IMG/VR virus record: IMGVR_UViG_3300045988_176431
Span: 1 to 64,000 of that record
Length of the DNA stretch: 64,000 nucleotides
DNA from: a virus
Direction: 5' to 3' (one strand)
The notes beneath the pieces are model-generated. The model saw only the letters and a program-made list of their open reading frames with translations, was not told the origin of the DNA and made no database searches. Below, piece after piece: positions 10,168-18,578 of the stretch. The position numbers were made by a program, and so were the translations under genes. How positions within the stretch are numbered: position 1 is the first letter of the stretch; every line of letters starts with the position of its first letter.

Positions 10168-10214
10168 TCCTTTCTGTACTATATAGTTAATTCTATTATA
10201 AGAACTACATAAAT

Positions 10215-10226
10215 ATGATATATAAA
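10215..10226 (-). promoter_or_regulatory. promoter-like motif TTTATATATCAT (minus strand)
   Basis: Reverse complement of atgatatataaa, 48 nt upstream of the 10167 start. The identical 13-mer atgatatataaat recurs at 56670 upstream of another minus-strand gene. Confidence 0.35.
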
Positions 10227-10332
10227 TATTTTGATAAAATAAAATTTAATTAAAATTAATTTTACTCTAACATATAATTAAAAAAGTTATGAAGAAAAAT
10301 ATCTTTTTTATATATATCTCACTCAGAAATCT

Positions 10333-10351
10333 GGGGGGGATATAGGGGGGG
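10333..10351. other. twin G7 runs separated by ATATA
   Basis: ctGGGGGGGatataGGGGGGGc sits in an otherwise extremely AT-rich noncoding region. Confidence 0.9.
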
Positions 10352-10490
10352 CAAAAAAGATATAAACAATTAGAACAAAAAGAATAAAAAAATAAGAAAA
10401 AAATAAAAAAGAAAGAAAATAAAAAGATAAAAAAGAATAAGAAATAGAAAAAATAAAATAATTAGAATAAAAAATTAATTTAAATATTTT
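10352..10490 (+). repeat. A-rich, nearly homopurine low-complexity tract
   Basis: caaaaaagatataaac...aaaaagaataaaaaaataagaaaaaaataaaaaagaaagaaaataaaaagataaaaaagaataagaaatagaaaaaataaaataattagaataaaaaa. Reiterated agaataa/aaaaag units and no ORF. Confidence 0.8.
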
Positions 10491-10542
10491 TTTTATTTTT
10501 ATATTGATAAATTTATTTCTTATATAATTTATATTATATTTT

Positions 10543-10574
10543 TTGATAAGGTTTCTTGCCTTATCAATTTTTTA
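10543..10574 (+). terminator. orphan + strand intrinsic terminator in a region flanked only by minus-strand genes
   Basis: 9-bp stem ttgataagg/ccttatcaa with a 7-nt loop, followed by tttttt on the + strand only. Confidence 0.45.
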
Positions 10575-10644
10575 CCGCTTTTTTGATTTTATATAAATAA
10601 ATAAGCCCCGAATTTTCTTAATTTTTCAACTTTATATATTAAAA

Positions 10645-10715
10645 TAAATAAAAAAAGAAAATAGAAATTGAAGAAGAAATAGATAAAAAATCTAAATCAA
10701 CTTCAATTTCTATTT
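10645..10715 (-). terminator. terminator-like long hairpin after the 10726..11880 gene
   Basis: 15-bp stem aaatagaaattgaag (10659-10673) / cttcaatttctattt (10701-10715), followed on the minus strand by a T-rich run. Confidence 0.5.
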
Positions 10716-10725
10716 TTTAATGTCT

Positions 10726-11880
10726 CTAAGAGATAATCGAGTTCAATACTTTTTTTGTTAATATCAATTCATTTGATATTTTTGAAGACTCACCCCCATT
10801 ATCAGTAAAAATATCAGGACTAGAATAAACAGAAAAAATATTTGATTTTAATAATTCTCTCAATGAAAAAGATAATCGATATTTTATCAATATATTTGGC
10901 ATTAATAATGCACTTAAAATAATTGGATTATCTTGATTTTGTATTTGATACATTCGTTCTGAATTCATCTCCTTCATCAATTGATTCAAACGAGTTTTAT
11001 ATTTATCTAATTTATTATCAAATCTTGAATCCATTCTTTTACAAATTGAAATATAAGATTCATGGTCTAATACATGATTCATGTATTTCAAATAAGTAAA
11101 TAAAGTAGAATTACATAAAAATTGAATTTTAATATCATCCATATCTTCTTCATGATATTTTTTCAATAAATTTGTAAATTCTTCTAAATTTGAATTCTCT
11201 GCATCAATAAAATTTAAATAAATACTATGTGGTCCAATCACAGATTCTACTTTACATACAGAATTTTTAATCTTATTATAATGATTTTTATTCATTAAAT
11301 CTGTTACAATTTGATTTGGATCATCATCAGATGTAGTTAAAGTAGAGAAATCAAGCATATTATAAAAAGCATTATAAAATGTCTGATAAAATAATTGAAT
11401 GATTAAATCTTTCCAAGTTAATTCATTTCCATCATTATCTTTTGCTTCATTAAAGATTTGAATAATATCTGTTCCAAAGAATTGAAAGATTCGATAACCA
11501 ATCAAATCCATTGTTACAGTATATTCATTACCAATAAATGGATAATAATATTTTAAGCAATCAATTCCTGTTTCAGAATCAATCGTATTATAGATTCTCT
11601 CTGTTTTTTCAAGAGTATTTTTATACTCATCGGAAAGAGGGATCTTTTCTATGTAGCAATTAGAATAACCCCTCTTAATATCAATAATACTTACTTTAGA
11701 AACTAATTCATGAAGTATCATATACTCCATCGGCATTAATTCTGAAATTACGAATGATAAAGAGAAAGAATTAAACAATTTTTCTATGTTCCGACCTGGG
11801 TTTTTCTTCTTTTCTTTTAAAATCATTACATATTCTTTCAAAAGTTCAATATTTGTAAAATTCAAATCATCAATTCTCAT
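10726..11880 (-). CDS. hypothetical protein
   Basis: 384-aa ORF. Its ATG overlaps the stop of the upstream small ORF (ATGA). No motif recognised. Confidence 0.8.
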   Translation of the reverse strand: MRIDDLNFTNIELLKEYVMILKEKKKNPGRNIEKLFNSFSLSFVISELMPMEYMILHELVSKVSIIDIKRGYSNCYIEKIPLSDEYKNTLEKTERIYNTIDSETGIDCLKYYYPFIGNEYTVTMDLIGYRIFQFFGTDIIQIFNEAKDNDGNELTWKDLIIQLFYQTFYNAFYNMLDFSTLTTSDDDPNQIVTDLMNKNHYNKIKNSVCKVESVIGPHSIYLNFIDAENSNLEEFTNLLKKYHEEDMDDIKIQFLCNSTLFTYLKYMNHVLDHESYISICKRMDSRFDNKLDKYKTRLNQLMKEMNSERMYQIQNQDNPIILSALLMPNILIKYRLSFSLRELLKSNIFSVYSSPDIFTDNGGESSKISNELILTKKVLNSIIS

Positions 11881-12035
11881 TTTGTATCAGTCCTTTCATT
11901 ATCAAATTTATTTAGCATTTTTTCACATGTTGCAAGTCCATCTTGATAAACATATTTATCGCAATTAGAGCATCCCTTTGTTCCAATATTCTGAATTGCT
12001 TCTTCCTCTGTTTCAAAAATCTGACAATAACTCAT
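11877..12035 (-). CDS. small Cys-containing protein (52 aa)
   Basis: MSYCQIFETEEEAIQNIGTKGCSNCDKYVYQDGLATCEKMLNKFDNERTDTK. Below the ORF-track cutoff. GAAAGG..GGTGAT upstream. Its stop overlaps the next start, suggesting translational coupling. Confidence 0.5.
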   Translation of the reverse strand: MSYCQIFETEEEAIQNIGTKGCSNCDKYVYQDGLATCEKMLNKFDNERTDTK

Positions 12036-12134
12036 AATATCACCAACCTTTCTATTGAACTTATGTTATATCCTAGTTTTTTTGATTATTATTTGACATA
12101 TAATTAATAAATATAAGAAAGGATGTGATTTATT

Positions 12135-12599
12135 ATGAAATCAAATTTAATGAAACGAGTTGTAATTGGTATTAAATCTGGTGTAAAAAAAGTAGCAAAT
12201 GCAGTACAGAAACCATTTAAAGCAGTTGCAAGATTCTTCATTAATATTGATTGGGCACATGTTCAGGTCAGCACTTATGTAAGATACATTGTAATGATCC
12301 TTACAATCGTTAATACAATTCTTACAAAGTTTGATTTGAACCCAATTAGTTTTAGTGAAACCGAGATATACAATATTACATCAGATTTGATTACAGTGAT
12401 TATCCTTATTATTAACACTTATAAAGATAATCCAACTTCAAAAGAATCGATTACTTGTACAGAATTACAAAGAGCAATGAAGTCAAGTAGTCATTTGGAA
12501 GAGATTAAAGCAAAACTTCAAGAGCAGTTAGATGAACTTGAAGGAAACGAAGTTTCAAAAGAATCTCAATTAGAAGATACTGAAGAAACCGAAGAGTAA
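12135..12599 (+). CDS. membrane protein, holin-like (tentative)
   Basis: 154 aa with two hydrophobic helices (YVRYIVMILTIVNTILT, ITSDLITVIILIINTY), then a DNPTSKES motif and an acidic coiled tail. This layout resembles Gram-positive phage holins. Confidence 0.35.
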   Translation: MKSNLMKRVVIGIKSGVKKVANAVQKPFKAVARFFINIDWAHVQVSTYVRYIVMILTIVNTILTKFDLNPISFSETEIYNITSDLITVIILIINTYKDNPTSKESITCTELQRAMKSSSHLEEIKAKLQEQLDELEGNEVSKESQLEDTEETEE

Positions 12600-12622
12600 A
12601 ACTATATGAAATAAAAAACAAA

Positions 12623-12666
12623 AGAATTAGAGATATGTGAAAAAGCATATCTCTAATTCTTTTTTA
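12623..12666 (+). terminator. intrinsic terminator
   Basis: 15-bp stem agaattagagatatg/catatctctaattct followed by ttttt. Confidence 0.75.
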
Positions 12667-12719
12667 TCTTGAAATTATATATCATTTATTTGAATAACTT
12701 AATGGAAAGGTGTGATATT

Positions 12720-12899
12720 ATGCATTATAGTGAAAGTGAATTTTTAGAAATCATTGAAAATACAGAATCTTTGATGAATTTCGTTTTTTATAAAAATAAA
12801 TCTAAGAAAAGTTTACAAAAATCATTAAAGAAATTAAAAAAGAAAGTAAAGACAGAAGGATTGAATTCTGTCCTTTATAAAGAAAAAGCGAGGTTATAA
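12720..12899 (+). CDS. hypothetical small protein
   Basis: ATG 12720 preceded by GGAAAGG. 59 aa with a K-rich C-terminus. Confidence 0.6.
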   Translation: MHYSESEFLEIIENTESLMNFVFYKNKSKKSLQKSLKKLKKKVKTEGLNSVLYKEKARL

Positions 12900-12900
12900 A

Positions 12901-13407
12901 ATGGAGTATAAATATTATCTCTATTATTTAAAAGAAAAGTATGCTATTTTATTTCATAGAGACCATCCCCTCTATGCCTATACTGATAATAAAAAAATAG
13001 CAAAAAGATTTGAAGAAACAAGGGATATGTCCTTGTTTAAAAAAGTAAAAGTAAAGATAGACCGTTTAGAAGTCAGAAGACTAGCTACTGAATTTAAAAA
13101 TGAATATCTTGGTAAGTTTGATTTATTATATAATAAAGAAGAAAGCGTTAAAATCCCAATTACAAAAAATGAAGAAGATACAATTAAAGGAATTGGTTAT
13201 AGCTTATTATATAAATATATTTACACAAATTCAGATATCAATCCTATGATATTTGATAAAAAATATGTCGATATTCTAAAAGATATCGACTACATATATT
13301 TTCATATGTACCAATTTTTTGATGTAGAGAATAAAAACATGAATATCAATTATTTAAAGATATTCATTAGTGAGTTCGGAAAAACTTTAAAAGGTGAGTT
13401 AAAATGA
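12901..13407 (+). CDS. paralog family member 1 (MK.Y..YL / LYAYT-D-KK / INPxIF-KY motifs)
   Basis: PLYAYTDNKKIAKRFEETRDM and INPMIFDKKYVDILKDIDY are shared with the following genes. Confidence 0.85.
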   Translation: MEYKYYLYYLKEKYAILFHRDHPLYAYTDNKKIAKRFEETRDMSLFKKVKVKIDRLEVRRLATEFKNEYLGKFDLLYNKEESVKIPITKNEEDTIKGIGYSLLYKYIYTNSDINPMIFDKKYVDILKDIDYIYFHMYQFFDVENKNMNINYLKIFISEFGKTLKGELK

Positions 13408-13964
13408 AACCATATTACTTGTGTTATTTATTGATAGATAACAAAACAAAAGACAAATATCCTTATGCAGTAGACGATTCAAATTTAATGTATGAAAATG
13501 AAAATTTCAAATATTATTTTTATGGGTGGACACCTTCAAAGAAAGTTATGAAGAAATTCAAAAAGACAAGAAGAAAAGATATTTTCCATTATCGGACAAT
13601 AATGGTATCAGATGAAGAATCTGAAATGTTTTATATTGATAATTATCTTTATCAGATTCATTGGAATTTATTAAATAATAATGAAATTTTAGTATATAAT
13701 GAATACCAATCAGTTTATGACTATTCTGATGAACTGATATATATTTTATTTGAAAATATGAATTATTTTCGTTCCCATATATTTTCTAATAAAAGTAAAA
13801 AGATATTAGATGCAATTGGTTACTTTTTACCTATTGATGAACTAGGTATTGCAGTATTGCCTATTCATCTTTTTGTCGTTGCATTTGGTTTTATGATTAA
13901 TGAGAAATTTATAGAAGATATTGATCTTAATACAGATGAATTTGATGATTTACCATTTAAATAA
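13404..13964 (+). CDS. paralog family member 2 (most divergent)
   Basis: ATGA overlap with the previous gene. MKPYYLCYLL, TPSKKVMKKFKKTRRKD, HIFSNKSKKILDAIGY. Confidence 0.8.
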   Translation: MKPYYLCYLLIDNKTKDKYPYAVDDSNLMYENENFKYYFYGWTPSKKVMKKFKKTRRKDIFHYRTIMVSDEESEMFYIDNYLYQIHWNLLNNNEILVYNEYQSVYDYSDELIYILFENMNYFRSHIFSNKSKKILDAIGYFLPIDELGIAVLPIHLFVVAFGFMINEKFIEDIDLNTDEFDDLPFK

Positions 13965-13985
13965 GAAAGGATGTGTGAAAGTTTT

Positions 13986-14603
13986 ATGAAAATATATTTA
14001 GTTTATTTAAAACATGGTAGTCGGTTATCGAATCAATTGTTGCATCCTAGTGTATATTTTGATAAGCGATATACAAATTGGTTTCCATATGCTTATACAA
14101 AAGATATTAAAATGATAAAAGATTTTATGGAAATTCGTAAAGAAAAGTTTTTTAAAGTAAAAGAAATTCACATTGATAAGGATGAATTTGATATAATACA
14201 GAAAGAATTAACGAAAATTTTACACTATAGAATTTCGTTTAATAATACTTATTGTAGTATTCCGGTAACATTTAAAGAACTTGATTATATGGATTTTAAT
14301 TTTAGTGAAGAATTATATGAATATTTATCAAAGTTTGTTTATGTTAATCCTGAAATCTTTAATGATAAATATAAAAAAGAATTAGATAAGATTGGATATA
14401 TTTTTGATTATTATTCATTTAATGGTGATGAATCAGAAGTTGATTATATCAATTATAATGCTAGCTTTTTTCCGAGTAATTCATTAACTGATTTAGGAAA
14501 GGAATGTTCAGAACTATTTAAGTATCTTATTATATTTCGTGAAGTCATTGATAAAGATAAGATGTTAATAAAATTTATATCAGAAAGCAGGCGAAAAACA
14601 TGA
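13986..14603 (+). CDS. paralog family member 3
   Basis: MKIYLVYLK, FPYAYTKDIKMIKDFMEIRKE, VNPEIFNDKYKKELDKIGY. The start was chosen by family alignment; the ORF is open from 13971. Confidence 0.8.
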   Translation: MKIYLVYLKHGSRLSNQLLHPSVYFDKRYTNWFPYAYTKDIKMIKDFMEIRKEKFFKVKEIHIDKDEFDIIQKELTKILHYRISFNNTYCSIPVTFKELDYMDFNFSEELYEYLSKFVYVNPEIFNDKYKKELDKIGYIFDYYSFNGDESEVDYINYNASFFPSNSLTDLGKECSELFKYLIIFREVIDKDKMLIKFISESRRKT

Positions 14604-15187
14604 AAGTATGGTCCTTTTATTTAAAACCATGGAAAGTAAATTCAAGTTTACTCTTAGAATTTGAGGGAATGTTTGATGAGAAATTTATTGAACTTGATGG
14701 GATACGATGTCCTTTATATGCATTTACGAATGATAAGAAACTAAAAGACCTATTTAAAGAAACAAGAAATGAGAAAATATTATTTTGTATCAAATATGAT
14801 ATGAATGAAATTGAATATAATAAGTTTAAAGCAAAATTCATAGAATTGGAAATTAATAATTTTAGTTTCCGATGTCTAAATTCAAGAGGAGAAAAGACAT
14901 ATGCTTTTATACCAACGACATTTTTTGAATCTAATTCTTATGAAGATTCAAATGAATATGCTGATGATATTTTACTTGGCATTTCACCTGAAGAACAAAT
15001 TGCTATTGTGAAGATATTAAAATGCTTAACGAAAAAATATCAAAAAATTATTGGTGTAAATGATATTATCACAATCAATGATAATATTTATTCTATTATG
15101 AATGGAATACCAATCGAACTTGAAATTGATGGTCTTCATTATTTGATTAAGATATTTGGTGAATTATTTAAGAGTGAGGTAAGGTAA
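14600..15187 (+). CDS. paralog family member 4
   Basis: ATGA overlap. MKVWSFYLK, PLYAFTNDKKLKDLFKETRNE. Confidence 0.8.
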   Translation: MKVWSFYLKPWKVNSSLLLEFEGMFDEKFIELDGIRCPLYAFTNDKKLKDLFKETRNEKILFCIKYDMNEIEYNKFKAKFIELEINNFSFRCLNSRGEKTYAFIPTTFFESNSYEDSNEYADDILLGISPEEQIAIVKILKCLTKKYQKIIGVNDIITINDNIYSIMNGIPIELEIDGLHYLIKIFGELFKSEVR

Positions 15188-15188
15188 T

Positions 15189-15764
15189 ATGAAAATATGG
15201 AGATTTTTTAGAGTACCAGAAGATGTTGAAAATTTTAGTAAAGATTTTGACATAAAAAATAAGTTTCCTCTTTATGCAATAACAAATAAAAAGAAATATA
15301 TGAAAATGTTTAAAGCATCAAGAGATATGGAAAATCGATATATCGTCAAATGTGATGATGTAGATTATGATGAGGGAACTCAATATATGCAGAATAATCG
15401 AGGACAAATTCTTGATTTTTATAAGTTACGAACTTATATGAATAAAGATATTAAAGAATATAAAGACTTTAAAGTCCTTATGACAGATTTTGAATATCGT
15501 TCTTTTGATGAAATTTCTGAAAGTTATGGTATCTTGATGGATTTAAATGCAATTAATCCTGATATTTTCAATCAAAAGATAGAAAAATTTTTATTAGACC
15601 TTGGATATGTTGACTTTTATTGTTTGAGGTCATCTGAGAATGTAAATGGAGTCTATATGGATAGTTACCCAAATTTAGACTTTAATCAGGATGAACTTGT
15701 CTTATTTATCAAGATATATCTTACAGATTTAACTGATATTACAAAGGCAATTAAATACGAATAA
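15189..15764 (+). CDS. paralog family member 5
   Basis: MKIWRFFRV, FPLYAITNKKKYMKMFKASRDM, INPDIFNQKIEKFLLDLGY. Confidence 0.85.
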   Translation: MKIWRFFRVPEDVENFSKDFDIKNKFPLYAITNKKKYMKMFKASRDMENRYIVKCDDVDYDEGTQYMQNNRGQILDFYKLRTYMNKDIKEYKDFKVLMTDFEYRSFDEISESYGILMDLNAINPDIFNQKIEKFLLDLGYVDFYCLRSSENVNGVYMDSYPNLDFNQDELVLFIKIYLTDLTDITKAIKYE

Positions 15765-15816
15765 TTATTTACGAAAAAACTTTCCTTTAATAGATGATGA
15801 AAGGAAGTAATTGATT

Positions 15817-16512
15817 ATGAGTATGAAAGATTTAATTGAAGTCGTTGTAATAAAAGATGTAGAGGAGATGGAGTATCATGTAAAATTAGAATCCGATCGA
15901 GATAAGGCAAAACTTGTTAAAAGAATGGAAAAGCATATTAGAAGTTCTATGGAATATCGTGACTATATAGCTTTTCTTAGAGATAATGTGGGAATGGATG
16001 CTTGTGCTTTCTTTAATAATATTAATAAAGATAGTTCAAAATCTATTCGTATTGAGATTCATCACGAACCACTTACCTTATATGATTATACAAGAGTCGT
16101 TCTTGAGAAATATATCAAAGAGGGATTACCAATTAATGATATGATGATTTCAGAAGAAGTTATGAAACTTCATTATCAAAATCAAGTTGGTTTGATTCCT
16201 CTTAGTAAAACTTTACATCTTATTATTCATGGAGATAATAGTGAAAAATTAGTAATCCCTGCTTATATGATTTTTGGTGATTACTCTAGTTTTATTGAAG
16301 AGTATGGAGATTACTTAGATGATGACGATATAATTTACGATAAGATTGAAAAAATGATTGAAAGGACAAAAGAGATTAAGAAAAATTCTTTTGAATTCCT
16401 TGAAAAGAAATATGAATATCTGAAAGTGGATGGTTTTGAGATTCCACAAAAAGTTGACTCAAATGGTGAAATGATAGAAGAAAATAAAGAAAGTGAGGAA
16501 GTTGCATGTTAA
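15817..16512 (+). CDS. hypothetical protein, paralog of 26957..27604 (IEIHHEP ... LSxxxHxxxH motif)
   Basis: EYRDYIAFLRDN..IRIEIHHEPLTLYDYTRVVLEKYIKEG...LSKTLHLIIH aligns with RYKKYISYLKDK..AIEMHHGPIFTLYDICDIVLNYYIKKG...LSPSVHEEVH. Confidence 0.8.
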   Translation: MSMKDLIEVVVIKDVEEMEYHVKLESDRDKAKLVKRMEKHIRSSMEYRDYIAFLRDNVGMDACAFFNNINKDSSKSIRIEIHHEPLTLYDYTRVVLEKYIKEGLPINDMMISEEVMKLHYQNQVGLIPLSKTLHLIIHGDNSEKLVIPAYMIFGDYSSFIEEYGDYLDDDDIIYDKIEKMIERTKEIKKNSFEFLEKKYEYLKVDGFEIPQKVDSNGEMIEENKESEEVAC

Positions 16513-17048
16513 GTAAAGAAGCAATTTTGGATGCAGTTGATAAAGGAGATATTGTGATTTCTCCTTTCGATGAAAAGAATTTAAATGGTATTTCTTATGA
16601 TATGGAATTATCAAATATACTGAAAGTATATAAACCAATGGTGAATGATCAAGTGAATATCATTGATACAAAAGATATTAAACCAGAAACTTATATGATT
16701 GATTTAAATGACTGGAAAGAAACAGGGATTGTGTTACAACCTAGATATTTATATCTTGGTAGTACAGTAGAATCTGTAAAATCTACAAAATATGTTCCAT
16801 GTATTTCTGGTCGTAGTACATATGCAAGATGCGGGATTCAAGTTCATCAGACTGCATTTTTTGCAAATCCTGGACATGATTTTCATTGGGTATTGGAAAT
16901 ATCAACAGTATTGCCTGTAATTATATATCCGGGAATGAAATTATCTCAGATGTATTTTGAACCAATTGAGGGTAATATGAAAGAATCTGATTTATATCAT
17001 GGACGATATGAAAAACATAATTTATCAGTTGGAAAAAGTGAATTGTAA
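16506..17048 (+). CDS. dcd: dCTP deaminase (dUTPase-superfamily)
   Basis: ISGRSTYARCGIQVHQTAFFANPGHDFHWVLEI matches the Dcd core GKSSlaRlGl.vH.TAg.idPGf.G..tLEl, including the catalytic Glu. Confidence 0.8.
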   Translation: MLSKEAILDAVDKGDIVISPFDEKNLNGISYDMELSNILKVYKPMVNDQVNIIDTKDIKPETYMIDLNDWKETGIVLQPRYLYLGSTVESVKSTKYVPCISGRSTYARCGIQVHQTAFFANPGHDFHWVLEISTVLPVIIYPGMKLSQMYFEPIEGNMKESDLYHGRYEKHNLSVGKSEL

Positions 17049-17051
17049 AAA

Positions 17052-17095
17052 AAGAAGAGAAGTAGAACTAATGCCTACTTCTCTTCTTATATCTT
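17052..17095 (+). terminator. intrinsic terminator
   Basis: 14-bp stem aagaagagaagtag/ctacttctcttctt followed by a T-rich tail. Confidence 0.65.
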
Positions 17096-17138
17096 TCCCT
17101 TTAACCACGAACTTATCTTTTTGTATACGTAGTAAATA

Positions 17139-17150
17139 TTTATATAATAT
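17139..17150 (+). promoter_or_regulatory. promoter-like motif variant TTTATATAATAT
   Basis: One mismatch to TTTATATATTAT. Lies 46 nt upstream of the 17196 start, just after a terminator. Confidence 0.3.
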
Positions 17151-17195
17151 ATAAATAGAGATATAATAAAACAAAATGAAAGGAGCAGTAATAAA

Positions 17196-18578
17196 ATGGA
17201 TGGTATTATTCTTGATTGCTCTCGAGAAGAATTAGCAGAACAAGGCGGAATTGAGTTAACCGAAGAAGAAAAGGAAGAACAAAAAGAGAAAGCCTATAAA
17301 CTGCAAAAAAGAGAGGTTAAATTAGCATATATTCCTGAAGAAGAGTTAGAACGACTCAAGGAATCTTATTCAAGATCAATTGTACAAGATTTTGATGACA
17401 CATATCACATGTCAAAAGAAGATCGTAAAGAAATGGAAGAGCGATATAGTAAATTCATTGCTCTTAAGAAACAACGAAAGAAAATACGAAAGATTGACCA
17501 ATATATTATGTGCCATCGATTATGTGAAGATATCTTGAATGATGTCGCAGAAACAAATGGTGTATATTCACCAGAGAAATTTAAGAAATTAGTTTTGAAA
17601 GGTGAAATAAAAGTCGGTGGTCTTGTATTCCCTAAATTGCAGGGTAAAGCAAGAAAGACTTTTAATTGGGATTATATTTATGAAAATTATATCCTGAATC
17701 GAGATAGTGACCCTTCTGAATTAATGAGAACAGCAGAAGGAGAAGATATCGAAGATAGTAATATTGATGAACTTTCGAAGCAGTATTTTGGAGAAGGAGA
17801 ATTAAATAAAATCTTTGATTCTTATAATCCAGAAGATGAAATGGAAGATCATATTATTGATCCAGATGAAGATGATTGTAGTATTGCTATTGAGGGTGAT
17901 AAGAAATCAAAGAAAATGCTTATTAAAACAAGTCCAGTTATTCTTTCTGAAATTAAGAAACGTGAAAAACTTGATCGAAGACAAAGAAGAGCAAAATCTT
18001 ATCTTACAGATATTGATGAATCCGATATGGACTTCTTAGATAAGTATGATATGAAACGAAACAAAAAGAAATATAAAGAAGGAATTCCTAAGTTCACCGG
18101 TGATATCAATAATAAAGAAGATGTTGCCAATTATATGTATCTTATGGATGAATATGAACGTGAAACAATTTTCGTTGATTATCATGGAAAATCTGTTAAT
18201 ATCAATGATAAGAATGAACTTGATATGCAATCTCTCATGGATGAAAATGGTTGGAATGTCCGTGAACTCTATGAAAATAAAAAGGCAGAGAAACGGCTTA
18301 AGAAAGAGCGTAAGAAAAATGAGAAGAAAGAAAAGATGTTAAAAGAAATGCTTATCGCTGTCCAAAAGAAAAAAGAGGGTGGTAAAGCAGTAATCAATGG
18401 TATTAATACTAAAAAGAAAAAGAAAGGACTAAGTAAAAAAAAGAAAAAGAAAGTAGAAAAGAAACACAAAAAAGAATTAGATCAATTGGATGATATCTTC
18501 ATGGATATTAATCAATCGACACAAGAAACCTTTAATGATTATAGAAAGGAGATGGAGAACTTTGAGTGGAAACCATGA
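17196..18578 (+). CDS. highly charged (K/E-rich) hypothetical protein
   Basis: 460-aa ORF with AAAGGAG RBS and long KKKK/EE tracts. Confidence 0.8.
   Translation: MDGIILDCSREELAEQGGIELTEEEKEEQKEKAYKLQKREVKLAYIPEEELERLKESYSRSIVQDFDDTYHMSKEDRKEMEERYSKFIALKKQRKKIRKIDQYIMCHRLCEDILNDVAETNGVYSPEKFKKLVLKGEIKVGGLVFPKLQGKARKTFNWDYIYENYILNRDSDPSELMRTAEGEDIEDSNIDELSKQYFGEGELNKIFDSYNPEDEMEDHIIDPDEDDCSIAIEGDKKSKKMLIKTSPVILSEIKKREKLDRRQRRAKSYLTDIDESDMDFLDKYDMKRNKKKYKEGIPKFTGDINNKEDVANYMYLMDEYERETIFVDYHGKSVNINDKNELDMQSLMDENGWNVRELYENKKAEKRLKKERKKNEKKEKMLKEMLIAVQKKKEGGKAVINGINTKKKKKGLSKKKKKKVEKKHKKELDQLDDIFMDINQSTQETFNDYRKEMENFEWKP

Noticed and set aside
10352-10490. Possible CRISPR array or tandem repeat in the A-rich tract
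   Set aside because: There are no regular repeat-spacer units of fixed length, only degenerate A/G low complexity.
12061-12134. Sigma-70-like promoter (TTGACA at about 12102) upstream of 12135
   Set aside because: TTGACA is followed by TATAAG after only about 13 nt, which is the wrong spacing, and no other unit shows a comparable -35/-10 pair.
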